Shown here piece after piece: positions 11,900 through 25,148 of a stretch of DNA of 64,000 nt. Each line of letters starts with the position of its first letter. Position 1 is the first letter of the stretch. The notes beneath the pieces are model-generated. The model worked only from the letters and a program-made list of their open reading frames with translations, was not told the DNA's origin and ran no database searches. The DNA is from Paecilomyces variotii (Eukaryota), in the NCBI GenBank assembly GCA_004022145.1, contig RCNU01000004.1; one strand, 5' to 3'. The translations under genes and the position numbers were made by a program.

Positions 11900-14033
11900 A
11901 TGCCTATGTATGACTGCTCGTCCACGACGATGCTGGGAGATGTTCTGGAGAGAAACTGACAACGAGGCAGGCTCAAGGATCCCTCCAAGAAATATAAGAA
12001 GTTCCAGCCTCTCCATCTGCCGGACCGGCAATGGCCCAACAAGACCCTCGACAAGCCTCCCCGGTGGCTGGCCACCGACCTGCGAGATGGCAACCAGAGT
12101 CTGGTCGACCCCATGGTAAGGGAGTGCCGATGATGCTGGTACATGGATCTTGGTCTTGGTCGTTTGGCTGACCCTCCTCTAGAATGGTGAACAGAAGTTC
12201 CGTTTCTTCAAGATGCTGGTAGACATCGGCTACAAGGAGATCGAAGTCGCCTTCCCCTCCGCCTCCCAGACTGACTTCGACTTCGTTCGTCGCCTTGTCG
12301 AGACCCCCGGCGTTGTTCCCGACGATGTCTGGCTTCAGGTGCTGTCTCCTTGTCGTGAGGACCTCATCCGTCGTACGGTCGACTCCCTCCGCGGGGCCAA
12401 GAAGGCCATCCTGCACCTGTACCTGGCCACAAGCGAGTGTTTCCGCCGTATCGTCTTTGGCATGACCAAGGAGCAGAGTATCGAGCTGGCCGTGCGCTGC
12501 ACCAAGTTTGCCCGCTCAATCACAAAGGATGACCCTTCGATGGCCGGCACTGAGTGGCTCTACGAATTCTCCCCCGAGACCTTCTCTGATACCGACCCCG
12601 ACTTCGCCGTTCAGATCTGTGAGGCTGTCAAGGCCGCCTGGGAACCCACAGAGGACGCACCCCTCATCTTCAACCTTCCAGCGACGGTCGAGATGGCGAC
12701 CCCCAACGTCTACGCTGATCAGGTCGAGTACTTCTGCCGCAACATGACTGAGCGCGAGAAATTCTGCGTCTCTCTTCACCCGCACAACGACCGCGGCTGC
12801 GCCGTGGCTGCTGCTGAGCTGGCCCAGATGGCAGGTGCCCAGCGAGTGGAGGGTACTCTGTTCGGTAACGGAGAGCGGACGGGTAACGTGGACCTTGTCA
12901 CTCTCGCCCTGAACCTCTACACCCAGGGAATCCACCCCAATGTCGATTTCTCTGATATCAACTCGATCATCAAGGTTGTGGAGGAGAGCAATAAGATCCC
13001 CGTCAATGAGCGGTGGCCATACGGCGGCCAATTGGTTGTCTGTGCCTTCAGTGGTAGTCATCAGGATGCCATCAAGAAGGGCTTCAACCTACGGGATAAG
13101 GCCGGTGCGTCGGAAGACAGCCGTTGGGAGATCCCCTATCTGCCACTAGATCCCCAGGATATTGGACGGAACTACGAGGCCGTTATCCGTGTCAACTCGC
13201 AGAGTGGAAAGGGAGGTGCTGCCTGGGTCATCCTCCGCAGCCTCGAGCTGGACCTGCCGCGTGGTCTGCAGGTGGAGTTCAGTAAGATCGTCCAGAAGGA
13301 AACCGAGGCTGTCAACCGCGAGCTTCGTCCCAACGAAATCGTCGCCCTCTTCGAGAAGGCCTACCACCTCAAGACTAACCCCCGATTCACTCTCATTGAC
13401 TACAACATCACGACCGACCGGTCCCAGTCTCCGGCGCCCCCAGAGCCCGGCAAGGCCCTCAATACCAAGAACCTTAAGCGACGCTTCACCGGTATCATCG
13501 AGATTGACGGCGTCCAGCACCCGATCACGGGTGTTGGCCCAGGTGCCATCTCCTCCCTGGCCAACGCGCTCGCCACCCTCGGTATCGACCTGGACGTGGT
13601 CGACTACAAGGAGCATTCCATCGGAACCGGTCGTGACGTGAAGGCTGCGACATATATTCAGTGCACAGCAGCAGGCAACCAGGATAGCGTCTGGGGCGTT
13701 GGTATCCACCAAGATGTTGTCCAGGCTAGTTTGATTGCTCTGTTGAGTGCTGCGAGCTCGGTAAGTAGCCAGTAGAATTTAACCTCTTTCCACCTGCTAG
13801 AGAAAATCCTAATATATCTCAATAACTAGTTCCTGACCTCCCGCGCTGGTTCCCCTGCTCCCTTCCGACCTATTCGGACGGTGGCCTTCTCCGAAGAGGA
13901 TCTCGAGGCTCTCGAGCAGCTCAACAACAACGTCGATCTATCCCGGACAGCTGCAGGTGACGAAGCCGCCCAAGCCGTCCAGAAGCAGAAGGTCGATGTA
14001 GAGAAGTTGGCACAGCAGGTTGAGAATCTCTGA
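11900..14033 (+). CDS. LEU4: 2-isopropylmalate synthase
   Basis: 8-nt first coding exon (ATGCCTAT); introns 11908-11970, 12116-12182 and 13761-13829. Translation [11 protein letters not shown]...[13 protein letters not shown]...HPHNDRG...GNGERTGN...[12 protein letters not shown]. Confidence 0.95.
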
Positions 14034-15153
14034 TTTATTTCCTAGATCTATTATTCTCACATCATCAGCACGAAAATTAGAATGACGACTTTAATTCATG
14101 TTTTTATCCTTCCATAATGTGACAGCGACGTGTTTGTTTCTTTTTTTCTCTTTTTCTTTTTTTTTCTCTCTCTCTCGGGTACACTCCTCATCTTCTTGCA
14201 CATATTTCTTTCTGGATCAGTATTGTGGATATTATGGTGTAGTCAGCATTGGCATAGGATAACTAACTATGGGAGAATTCATAGGAGAGGGGGTCAGCAA
14301 TCGAAGGATTGGAGGGGCACAAAACACAATTACAGAGGTGATAACTAGCATAGATAGGCAGAACGAAAAGTTTTTTCTCTTAGCACATTATTATTTTATG
14401 TACAGACGAATATTAAAGGGAAACGAAAGTAAATCAGAGAAGTTTGTACTTGAAAGGTATATAATGACAAATTACTTAGTCCGAGCTAGAAGAAGTATAT
14501 TCTCGCTATCCCGAACACATCGAGAAAGGGAAATAAAATTAGTTGCATCGGCCCAGTTAAGTTCAATATAGTAACTAATAATACTATGCTTAGACTAGAG
14601 TTTTTATTCTGATTACTGGCGATCATAACGATCCTGGTCTAGTATTAATTAATATGAATCGTGAATTGAAGGCAAGGACATTTGACCTACCCCATCTGAT
14701 CTAGATATCTGAGAGTCTTAGTTAAGAGGGAGATTTAGCGCAGTCCCGAAAATTCCTTCCAAGGTGAAATCTGCAGATAGACCGAATAGGAATGAATGAA
14801 TAGTGTATTATCACAGTAGAATGGTATTATGCGTACACGGAGAGTATACAGACATGCAGGTCGTTGAATTTTTTTTCTCATGACGGACATCAGGTGACAC
14901 ATAGATGAATTGAAAACAAAAAACAGACAACATGCGACAGATCATAGGAAAGAAAAGAGAAAAAAGAGAAAAGAAAAGACAAGATTCACCTCGAGAAGAG
15001 GGTAAGTCAAGTCAGAAGTTTTCAACACGGCGCCATAAAAACAGTCGGAGGACCCCCCCATTCCATCGTCGCTTGCTGCAAAGACTGCTGTCTCAATGTC
15101 GCGAATCATGTTTCGGCCCCGTTATGCTCTTGCTTCGAGAGGTCCCACGGTCT

Positions 15154-18100
15154 TCAATAAAAGTCATAGTCGCTACCGTCGTACCTCTTCCTCACTATCG
15201 AGCTGTTCGTACTCGGGCTACGACCGACACCATCCCCATCTCCCTTGCCCGGGCTATTGATACCCAGATGCTTCTGATACAGGAGAGCCTCCTGTGGCCA
15301 CTCCTCTTCACTCTCATTATGCTCTTCGTGTTTGGGCAGGGAGCCTTGGCTCAGTGACCTCTGTCCCTCCTGAGCGCTAGAACCATCCTCGGAGATCTTC
15401 AGTGCGCTGAAGCCGGCCGGAAGACTGCTGTTACGCCGCTGCTGACTGGGCAGAGAATCACGTCCTCGCGCAGGCATCGAGGCCACTGCGTGCAAAGGAT
15501 CCTTGTCGGGTACCGCTGGCGGTGTCTCTACAGGAGGACTGAGTTCGACGGAAGGAATATCAGCCTGGCGAGTCGTGTGCTCGCTTTCCCCATCTCTGAA
15601 GTCTGATCCAAAATTCAGGCCAGTAATTGTAGATGGGCTATCATCTACATCCGGGTTCATAATGCTCAGAGGGGCCGGTGCCGGGATCTCATCGTCAAAG
15701 TCAAAGTTCGGTTCGATATCCGAACTCACCGGAGCATCAGTAAGTTGATAGCGAGGAGCGTTGGCCAGCGCTTGATACTCCTCGTCGTACTGCTGGTAGG
15801 CTTCTTGCCGCTGTTGCTCCTCCTCCTTCTCCTTATCCTCCTGCTGCTGCAGCTCTTGCTGTTGCTGTTGCTGTTGTTGCTGTTGCTGCTGCTGCAGTTG
15901 TTGTTGTTGTTGCTGCTGCTGCCACTGTTGCTGCATAGACGCCTGACTGGCCACTCTAGAAGGGGGTCCTTCAGGTCCTCTCACTTCTTGACTTTGGGCT
16001 GGAGACCTTGGTACCGCCATGAAGTCACTATCAGGTGCCATAGTTGACCGTCGCGTGCTGTTGCCCATCGTGCTGCCGGGCTTTGAACTCCTACTGGAGC
16101 GAGGCTCCGGAATCTCTGCAATTTGAGTATCGGAAGCGTCTGCATCACGAATGCTGAATTGGGCAATCGTCCGTAACTTTCGCGTGACCCAAGATGCTAG
16201 AATCTTGCCTCTCTGCTTCTCGCCCAAACGAGACTTCGGGAAATCTCCTTGAGACACGAACGCGACAATGTCGACAATCACTTGGTGTTCGTTCAGAATC
16301 GTGTTCACGATAACAGGCACGATCGAAGCCAGGTACGCTTTCCGCGTCACTTCCACCAGAACCACGACGAGACCTCCGGCTTGGAAGATAGCACTATCCG
16401 AATTGTTAGCGTGATTGTTCCACACAATGTTACCGGCCGTCAACCTACCATCCTCCTTTGACAACATTGCGATGGCACTTCTCTACGGAATTTTCAATGT
16501 CCATCGGGAAGTGGTTGAGCCCGTTGATTTCAAAGGTCTCTCCAATGCCTCCCAGGATGAAAAGCACTTGCATCTCGACAGGCTGGCCGCCGTGGCCGAT
16601 GGGCCTAGTGACTGTATGAAGGAAACCGAGGTCTCCTGTGCGCACGTATGGCACGCTCGTATCGCCATCAATAACTCTGCCGTTGAATCGTTCGACATCG
16701 ATTTCCTGTTTGGTGCCATAGAAGGATTTCGCACAAGCGTCCGACTGCACCCAGATCTCACCATATTCACCGGCATGACATAAAGTGCATGTCTCCGGGT
16801 TGACAATAGCTATCTGCGTATTGACAGGTACCATTCCGGAGTCCTGTACAAAGAGAGCGGTAGGATCAGTGTCTGGGTCCACGGGATATACAAGTCCTCG
16901 ACGAAGAGCTCGAAGGTCGAGGTAGAGTTCGATGGGCTCAATGCACATGTATGACCTCGTGACAATCATAGGATTCAAAACGTGTGAATAAACCGTGTTG
17001 ATTGCAGTCCGGTCCAGACTGGCAGCGGCAAAATGGAGCCGCACCTTCTGGTCTATAAGGCAGAATCAGTACAATGGTCGTTGACACCCGAAGAATGCAT
17101 AGGGACTTACAGATATCAACTCTGGGTCTGCCTTCTGCTGATATCATGAGATTCTTCAATTCCTGGAGTTGGAACCCTTTCCCGGGCATTGTGCTCATGG
17201 CGTAGTCCAGCATCTGACTGGTAGCATATGTGTCCTTGATCTTGTAGCGGGCCAGAGTGACGAACAGGGACGAAGGGTTCTGCGCAAAGTCGACTGGAGA
17301 GACAAGATATGTTGCAGCACCTATATTACATCAGCTTCCGGGTTTAAACTGCTAGAACGACACATATAACTTACCCACATATATGCCCATTAAGCAGGTA
17401 TGCAAGAATCCTATGCCTAGAGTGCTGCGGACACTTCCGAGAATGGGCCTGGAGCTCGTCATCTGACAAGTCTCTTTTTGCACTTTACACATGCCCATGA
17501 TTGTATCGTGGTTAATCTGGACTGATATTCGTCTCTGATCTGCTGTCCAGTAGGTCCAGATCACCGCTGGTTGATTGGTCTCGAGCCAGGATGGTTTGAT
17601 TGTGAATCCGAGGTCTCGGCAACCGTGAGACTGCTTGGGAGGTTTGGTAGTGTTATAAATGGCCGGGACACCAATGCGAAGGACCTGAGCCGATTGTTTG
17701 ATATGCTGCGAAACGATCTTCTGCTTCATTACATGGTCGACATCATTGTTGACAATGATCGCCTTCACCTGGAAATCCGCAATGACATGGAGGAATGCGG
17801 GCGCATCTTCATTGAGGCGATTCTGGTCGATTGGGGGCATTGGAATCGCTACCACTCCCAGGCAGAAGCATGCATGCACCGCACATACGTATTCTTCCGA
17901 ATGAGTATACATCAACACAACATGGTCACCCGGACGGACCTTGACTTTGTTCTTCAAGTAGTTTGCGACAGCAGCAACTTTCAAATCGAACTTCTTCCAT
18001 GTAACTCCCTTGCCCTCACGGCCACGTCCATCGATGGTGCAGTAGGACAGTTCTTCGGCCTGTCGTGAGACACGCCACTGCAGAAGATCAACAATGGTCG

Positions 18101-21100
18101 AGAAATTGTTCAGAGGAGTAGAGGTGCGATCGTCCATGACGACATCCCGATAATCCACACCAGAATATTGCTTTTCCTCCATCGCCAAAATTTCTTGTCT
18201 TGCTGAGGAAGACATGGGAGACCAAATGCCACCGACCGGGTCAACTCCTAACGGCAGGTTCATCACTGCCCTCTCAACACCGAATTTGACGTGTACACAT
18301 GGAAGAGTACCCATATCGAATTCCTTCCGGCATAGCATGTTACCAATCTCCTGTCTTCCATTCTTGGCCACCCGAGGAAGAGTGTTTGGGGCCGTAACCA
18401 TGACACAGTACACCCGTAGATGATGTTCTTGGTAAAGCACTTCCATACAACGTTCTGCCAAAGAGTCTAGAAGGGCAGTGTCCAATTGCTGCGGAGGCCC
18501 GCCGGAAGTTGTTGGCGCCGTCGAAGCAGAGAACGACTCGAGGACGACAATCGGCAGATGTTCTTCATTAACAAATACGTCGAAAGCTGAACAGTCGTGG
18601 ATTTTTGGCACGTTCTTTAAGATGCTGATAATTAGATGCTGCACGAAGAAGTAGCGGTGCTCCACAATCTCCTGCCCGTGCTCAATCCACTCGACCTTCT
18701 GGCGGAGTCGGTCTTCGTACAGACCAAGGACGAATATCTTGCCTTCGATGACACAACCGAGCAGACCTGTTCGGAGGAATTCAGGTTCTACCAGGACCGG
18801 TGTAGGATTACCATCTTCAAATTTGTAGGGGCGCGCATGGAATATGGTCTCTGTATGTTTGGGCAACGCCCAGAAGCCACCGGAGAGGGACGGTGAGTCG
18901 ACCCAGATTTCGCCAACAACGTTCGGCGTACACAATAGATTCGTCTCTGGGTCAACGACAGCCAGTGTCGCATCAGGGATGGGATAGCCGAATGCGCCAA
19001 CTCGGACAGCGTTTGGTATGTTATCGGCAAGCTTTCTGGCATCCTCACCCATGGCCAGGACTACTACTTCATTGCTCTTCAGAGCCTCTTTGTCGAGCAA
19101 CACCTCTGCGAGTTCGTTACCCCCTTGCTGCTTCGGGGCAGGAGCTGGAGTGCCGCCAATAAGACTGCTGCCGAATTCGTTTTTGTGTTCAGCCTTTTCA
19201 TTTCTCTTTCGCTGTTCAGGAGGTTCGACTGGGTCCATCTCGTGGGTCAGAGGACATCCCATCCGCTCCTCGCCTCCTAGCCAGTCCCGGATACTGATCA
19301 CCATTCCACCATGTTCTGGCAAGCATAGCATGGGAGCGACAATCTCTCTAGCTCTGGGGTTTCTCATCGGGCGAAGCCATCTATCCGCAAGAATCTCATG
19401 AAATTCAGGATCAACAGTGAGGGTATCAATGAGACAAAGTTTCACGCTTCCAAAGTTGGGCTCAGAGTTCTTCTTGAAGTGTCGCGTTGACATCGGATCT
19501 TGCTGATAGTTGTAAGCGACTCGCTTCAAACCGGGGTAGTCGGCCACCATCAGCGTTGCCCTGTATTTGGTAACCAAGTGGGCATAAAGTCCAGGGGTAT
19601 CAACCGCTCGAACTTCAAGCCAAACTGTCGTGTGACCACCGTAGACAGTAAGCAGAACGCCCATAATCATACCAATGCTCTGTCTGGGATCCAGGTAGCT
19701 GATGATCGTTTCGCCGTGGCCCCTCCCGGTGAGGACGCTCGTCTGGTGCTGTGCGGCGCTGCTCGAGTTCCCGGGTACCGTTGATATAATTGCACTGAGA
19801 CACGCCATCTGGTGCATGATTGTCCGGTGGCTCATCACGACACCTCGAAGATCGCCCGTGGGTGCCCTTGAGAATTCAATATACGCTAGGTCTGGAACCT
19901 GAAGCGGAGGAGCATCATCTTTTTTCTTTGGGTGGTAACTTCCGAATTCGTTCGTCTTCCACCACTCGACGCCCCTAGGCCAATTGAGTTTCTGCGTAGT
20001 AATCTCCCTCTGGAAACTCTTCAGATTATTTTCCGTCGTCAGGGCAAGGTGGGCCTGGGTAGATGTGAGGATCACGTTGAGACTCGCGTAGTCTTCTAGG
20101 TTGTTGATAGGTACAGCGACAACGCCCGCAATGAAACAGCCCATCAGCGCAACGGCAAATTCGATGATTTCCGCATCTCTGTAGATCAACGCAACCCGAT
20201 CTCCACGGTAGAGATTGCTCTTGTCCCGAATCACCTGCGCCACCTTCTCTGCTCGGCTTGCGAGCTTCTCCCACGTGATGGAAGCGATTTCCTTGCCCTT
20301 CTGATCGAGAACCCAGTACGCCGGCTGTTTCGGGTGCGTTCGGGCGCGATGACGCAGGACAGCTGGGAGGTTATCGAATTTCGACATCAAGGTGTTCCCA
20401 TCGTGGGGGTCGTATACTGCAAATGGAACATCGCGAGGCTCCAAAGGCAAGAGGTGCTCAATTGGTCGTCCGTGAGACAGATCGGTAGGAGGGACTAACG
20501 GCGGAGCCATATTTGCGGTAGGCGAAAAAGCATCAGACTGAGAATACCGGTGGTACCCGCCATCGTAACTATCTCTGTAGTCTTCATTTTGTTGACCAGC
20601 GAAATCCGAAAAGAAGCCTTGCTGAGATTCCAGCATGGTCGACTGTCTCGTGTCGTAACCGCTCGACGGCCGTTCCGTGTAGCCAGGCTGGTTACTGGGG
20701 TTAAATGCATAGTTCTGGCTCAGCAACGTCGCCGTTCTGGAATCTGGGTGATGGGGTGCAGGAGCAGGTCCTTTGGGTAGGAAGAGAGAATCGTGGGAGG
20801 CCGAGGACGGTATCTCTGCGTTCCCGTTAAATCGTGGTATATACTCCTGGCTCGCTCCGCTGAATCGTCGATCGAAAGAGGGCGCAGCCATGCTATCTCG
20901 TCGTCCAGGAATCAATTGACGTGCGATGCCTGCGTTCGAGTTTCCACTGCTCAGAGAGTATGAACCACCGCTGGTGGGACGTGTTGTCGCTGCGATGAGA
21001 GAAGTGGCCGGGGAGCCACCACTGCCTGACAAGGATTGTGCCGCATTAACGCCCGGGGTCTGATTGCCATTATGGAATCGGGAAAGGAGAAGGGTGCGGC

Positions 21101-21419
21101 GTTTCTGATATCTTTCGCAAGTCAGCAAGGTCCAACTTGGGTCCAACCGTCCATCAGAGAGCTCCGACACGATCCGTCTCGTCTTAGACTGCTTCAATCC
21201 GGCGGCGATACGGATGGCACATTCGATCCCACATACCCTTTTTCGGTGATATCGCCCTCCTGTGCATGAACGTACAAGTTAGCATCTCCTAGGCGTGAAA
21301 CAGATACAGTCCAGTCTGCACGAGGGACCCCGCCAAACGCCAGCGATCAACGGTCTTTCACATACCGCGAATTCCTGCTCCAGGGCCTGCAAAGCAGCCT
21401 GGATGTCTTCCTCAGCCAT
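15154..21419 (-). CDS. DIP2/Cps1/Cmr2-family protein (DMAP1-binding domain plus two acyl-CoA/AMP-ligase-like domains)
   Basis: Exon 1 MAEEDIQAALQALEQEFA (21419-21366), a 23-nt micro-exon EGDITEKG (21259-21237), then YQKRRTLLL. Two adenylation-like modules (LAYIEFSRAPTGDLRGV...GEIWVDSPS...LRTGLLG and GEIWVQS...VRTGDLGF). C-terminal exons lie in ORFs 16445..17044 and 15154..16467. Confidence 0.9.
15840..15933 (-). repeat. CAG/CAA polyglutamine tract in the C-terminal tail of the DIP2-family protein
   Basis: Translation MQQQWQQQQQQQQLQQQQQQQQQQQQQELQQQE. Confidence 0.9.
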
Positions 21420-22612
21420 GTTCGCAAAAGCACCGTCTATTTATTCAATGGTCGAGAAGGGTGTCATTCGAGGGCGCGTTCGAGGACACGGAGCGCCCGG
21501 GTTATCTTTACACGCTCCCCGGAGAAAGTTGAGGATCATCCAAGGAGCGGAAGCGAAAGTCTTCGATGTGAATCTTGTCTGCGCCTCGTCCAGGATTGCG
21601 GGTGAGCCACAACGTCACAAGAAACGTCCCGTCAGCTGCCCCGCGTGTTGGGAGGAAGAGGAACCCAATGGGCTTTGCCGAGAGCTAATTTAGTGAGGTC
21701 TTTTAAGTACAGGATGATTAGTTACTACTAGTCGAGCAATTATTACTGCTCTAGCTTACTTAGTCGATCGCTCTTGAGCCAGTTCGCCGCAGCCATATGA
21801 CCATCCGTCGATGATTCTTACTGAAGATGATGAACTAGTTGGTGGTCTCGCGACAAAGATGCTGTTGCTGGGAGGAGGACAGCAGCATATTTCAGTTCCC
21901 TACAAGTAACGCTCGTTCTGGGGCTGCACGGGTCACCAGAACTATTAGCGGACGGACACTGGCTTGGCGCCACAGATACTTACTGGATGACCCGGGCGGC
22001 AAAACTAAGTATTTATAGAAGGTGAATCAAGACACGCTTTTCTCTTGGATATCAAATTCATTTCCATTGCTTACCGGTGCGCAGTGCCAACTTTTGGGCA
22101 AGAAAGGCGGCCACAACATGAAAACCCCTTGCTGTTTCCGCTGATACCCCAGGGTCCTGGAGAGATGGTGGATTCAATGGCGGAGTCCCTTGGAGTCAGT
22201 GTGCGAGGCACGAATACACACTTATTCTGTAGTTGTACCGTCGAGGCGGATCCCCAGCTTGATGGGAAGTGTCGCTGTCTTACAGTATTGTGGAACAAGG
22301 CAGCTACTATGTAACTATGTAGTGCACGATGGAAACTTCATGGCTGAAATGGACCACGAGGATCTCAATGATGTGAAGAGAAAGTACTTTCTAGTAGTGC
22401 TTGCATTCTCTATCCTGCGCTATTAGAAAGATGTAGCTCTCTAACTATCCAATTTTGCAAGATATAAGTAAGCTTTGATGGTCGGGGTCGCTGTCTATCT
22501 GCTCCCACTCTAGCTCGATCTCAAACTTCCCGGCAAACAGCAGAGGGAATTGATTTCTAACATACCATTTTCTGAGAATAATTCAGCAACGAAGAATCAC
22601 GTCGCAGTCTAT

Positions 22613-23100
22613 ATGAGCATGCCTGTGAGTCTGCCACGTGCCAGCCCAAAATGCGCACGGGTTGTATTATTTTACTTGCAAGTCAGTCAAGGCTGTTGAG
22701 CTGCTATATTCCTGGTCCGTTCTTTGTGGGACTAGTCAGATACTCAGAGGGAGAACATAGGATTCGAAAAGTCAAATGTGATAAAGGGAAGCCAGAATGT
22801 AACCGGTACGATACGCGCGGGTCTCCAATACTTAGTCGATGATGAAGCCTAGCTAATATCTGTCCAGTTGCAAGAGTACATGGGCAAAATGCGATTGTTA
22901 TGCATTGCCGCACACGTCTCCTACAGTATCAAGACAGATGGCTTCAGTAACGACCATCAGCGCCGGGGAAAAACAGGGCTTTCGAGTTCTTCTTTGTTGG
23001 CAGGCTTCTTCGAAAAGAACATTCTTTAGCAAGCTGACAGTGGCCAGGTTTGGCACTTCTTGCAGGATATAAAATTTTGGGACATCCATTTTCCTGATTT
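22613..23100 (+). pseudogene. Decayed Zn(II)2Cys6 transcription factor gene
   Basis: KMRTGCI..(frameshift)..TCK | intron 22682-22760 | IRKVKCDKGKPECNR | intron 22806-22867 | CKSTWAKCDCY. RAFEFF follows in another frame, and there is no long ORF before the RPS5 promoter. Confidence 0.75.
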
Positions 23101-23533
23101 GAGAGATTTCCATAGCGACATTTCCAGGCCACGGGATGGAGATCGAATAAGAGCCCTAGTTCCAAGCTCAGCGTTTTTGACACATCGTCGGGATAGTGAT
23201 GGGGATCTGATATAAGAGAATCTGCAAGCTGGATAATAATCTCCTCGAATAACTATTGCTCTACTAGTGGAGTCGAAGATATGCCTTGTTCTCCAGGCAT
23301 GAATCACTATGGAACCACCAGCGGCACCATCACATGACACCTCCGCGCTGGTTGGCTGCCAGGCTGCCCTAACCCACCCACACAGACCTAAGCGAGGCGC
23401 ACCGCGAATTTCCCTCCGCTCAGCGAACATTTCAATCGACCGACTGCATACCGTCGACGCTCAACGTTCACCCAACGGCACCGTCTGTCACCTCCAACTA
23501 ATCCCTCGACAACAGGTGTATACGGCGTCCAAC

Positions 23534-24530
23534 ATGTCCGACAACGGCGAAGTCGAGGTCGAAAGCTCGGCGGCCTTCCAGGCCGTCCCCAAGGATGTCC
23601 TGGCCGAGCAGGGCAGCGTGAAGCTGTTCAACAAGTGGAGCTACGAGGATGTTGAGATCAGGGACATTTCTTTGACGTACGTGTTTTTGCAATAAGGCCT
23701 CCTCTGCGACAAGATTCATCTCCAATTTCCATCGATTGTTGCTGCGCAAATTGGCGCTTCCTGGGTAGAAGGAGGAATATGCAAAAACACAACATTGTGG
23801 GGAAGAAGGATAGAGAGGATGCGACAAGAGCTGCGCAGCACAACGAAAACGGAATTGGGAATATCGCAGAGTTCCCTGCAGGAACGAACTTTTTTGCTGA
23901 TCTGATTGTTTGATTATAGCGACTACGTCCAGATCCGTTCCCCTGTCTACCTTCCTCACTCCGCTGGCCGATACGCCCAGAAGCGTTTCCGCAAGGCTCA
24001 GTGCCCTATCATCGAGCGTCTGACCAACTCGCTCATGATGAACGGCCGCAACAACGGAAAGAAGCTCAAGGCTGTCCGCATCGTTGCTCACTCTTTCGAG
24101 ATCGTACGTTCACCCCCGGACTGTTAAGATGGCCCTTCCATGGCAGAGATTCAACTGGAAGGAACACAACCGAATTTGAATAGTTTTCCTTTTTCTGACA
24201 GATTGCAATCAGATCCACATCATGACCGACCAGAATCCCCTCCAGGTCGCTGTCGATGCCGTTGTCAACTGCGGTCCCCGTGAAGACAGCACCCGTATCG
24301 GATCCGCTGGTACCGTCCGTCGCCAGGCTGTCGATGTCTCCCCTCTCCGCCGTGTCAACCAGGCCATCTCTCTGCTGACCATCGGTGCCCGTGAGGCCGC
24401 TTTCCGCAACGTCAAGAGCATTGCTGAGTGCCTTGCTGAGGAGCTGATCAACGCCGCCAAGGGCAGCTCCAACTCTTACGCCATCAAGAAGAAGGACGAG
24501 CTCGAGCGTGTTGCCAAGAGCAACCGGTAA
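23534..24530 (+). CDS. RPS5: 40S ribosomal protein S5 (uS7)
   Basis: [25 protein letters not shown]...[27 protein letters not shown]...[14 protein letters not shown]. Introns 23677-23919 and 24104-24212. Confidence 0.97.
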
Positions 24531-25148
24531 AGGAATTCACGTTTATTTTCCTTGTATGTTGCTCGATTTTGCCTGCTGGGGGTGGAGAGGGTGTCATCAG
24601 GGTCCGGTCGATTTGCATGCATCTGCGCGGCTGTACATGCCAGGAAACAGCCACGGAGGAAGCAAGGTCTTGAAAATGGATGGCTTTCCTTCTTCGTAGT
24701 TGAGATGCGATCATGAAGACTTCAGATTAGTCTGCAATATGAAAAATCCTTCCAATCTCACTAGGCGTTGACAAAAAATGTTGAATTATCTTGTCCCGCC
24801 CTCGACGGGAATTTACGTTGTAATCCGAGGTCTCCAAAAAAAAAAACACATGTAATCTCCTTGTAGATCTAGACCGCATAGGATCTTCCATCTACTATAG
24901 AACAGACTCTTAATTCTCGGTATAATTGCAATCCCTAACGAAAGCGCGGATTGTGGCCTCCGCAGCGCTGACAGGCGGGCTGCGCTGCAACTCACCGCTA
25001 TCGATAGGGCCGTCAGAAAAAAGTTCGCGGAGGTTCGCAAGCTCCGAAGAAAAAAAAGTCAACATCAACCCCGGGTGACTTTCTGATCACCCAACCTCCA
25101 TCATTCTTTAATACCTTTCTTTCTTTCTTTTTCACTAATTCCGTCAAG

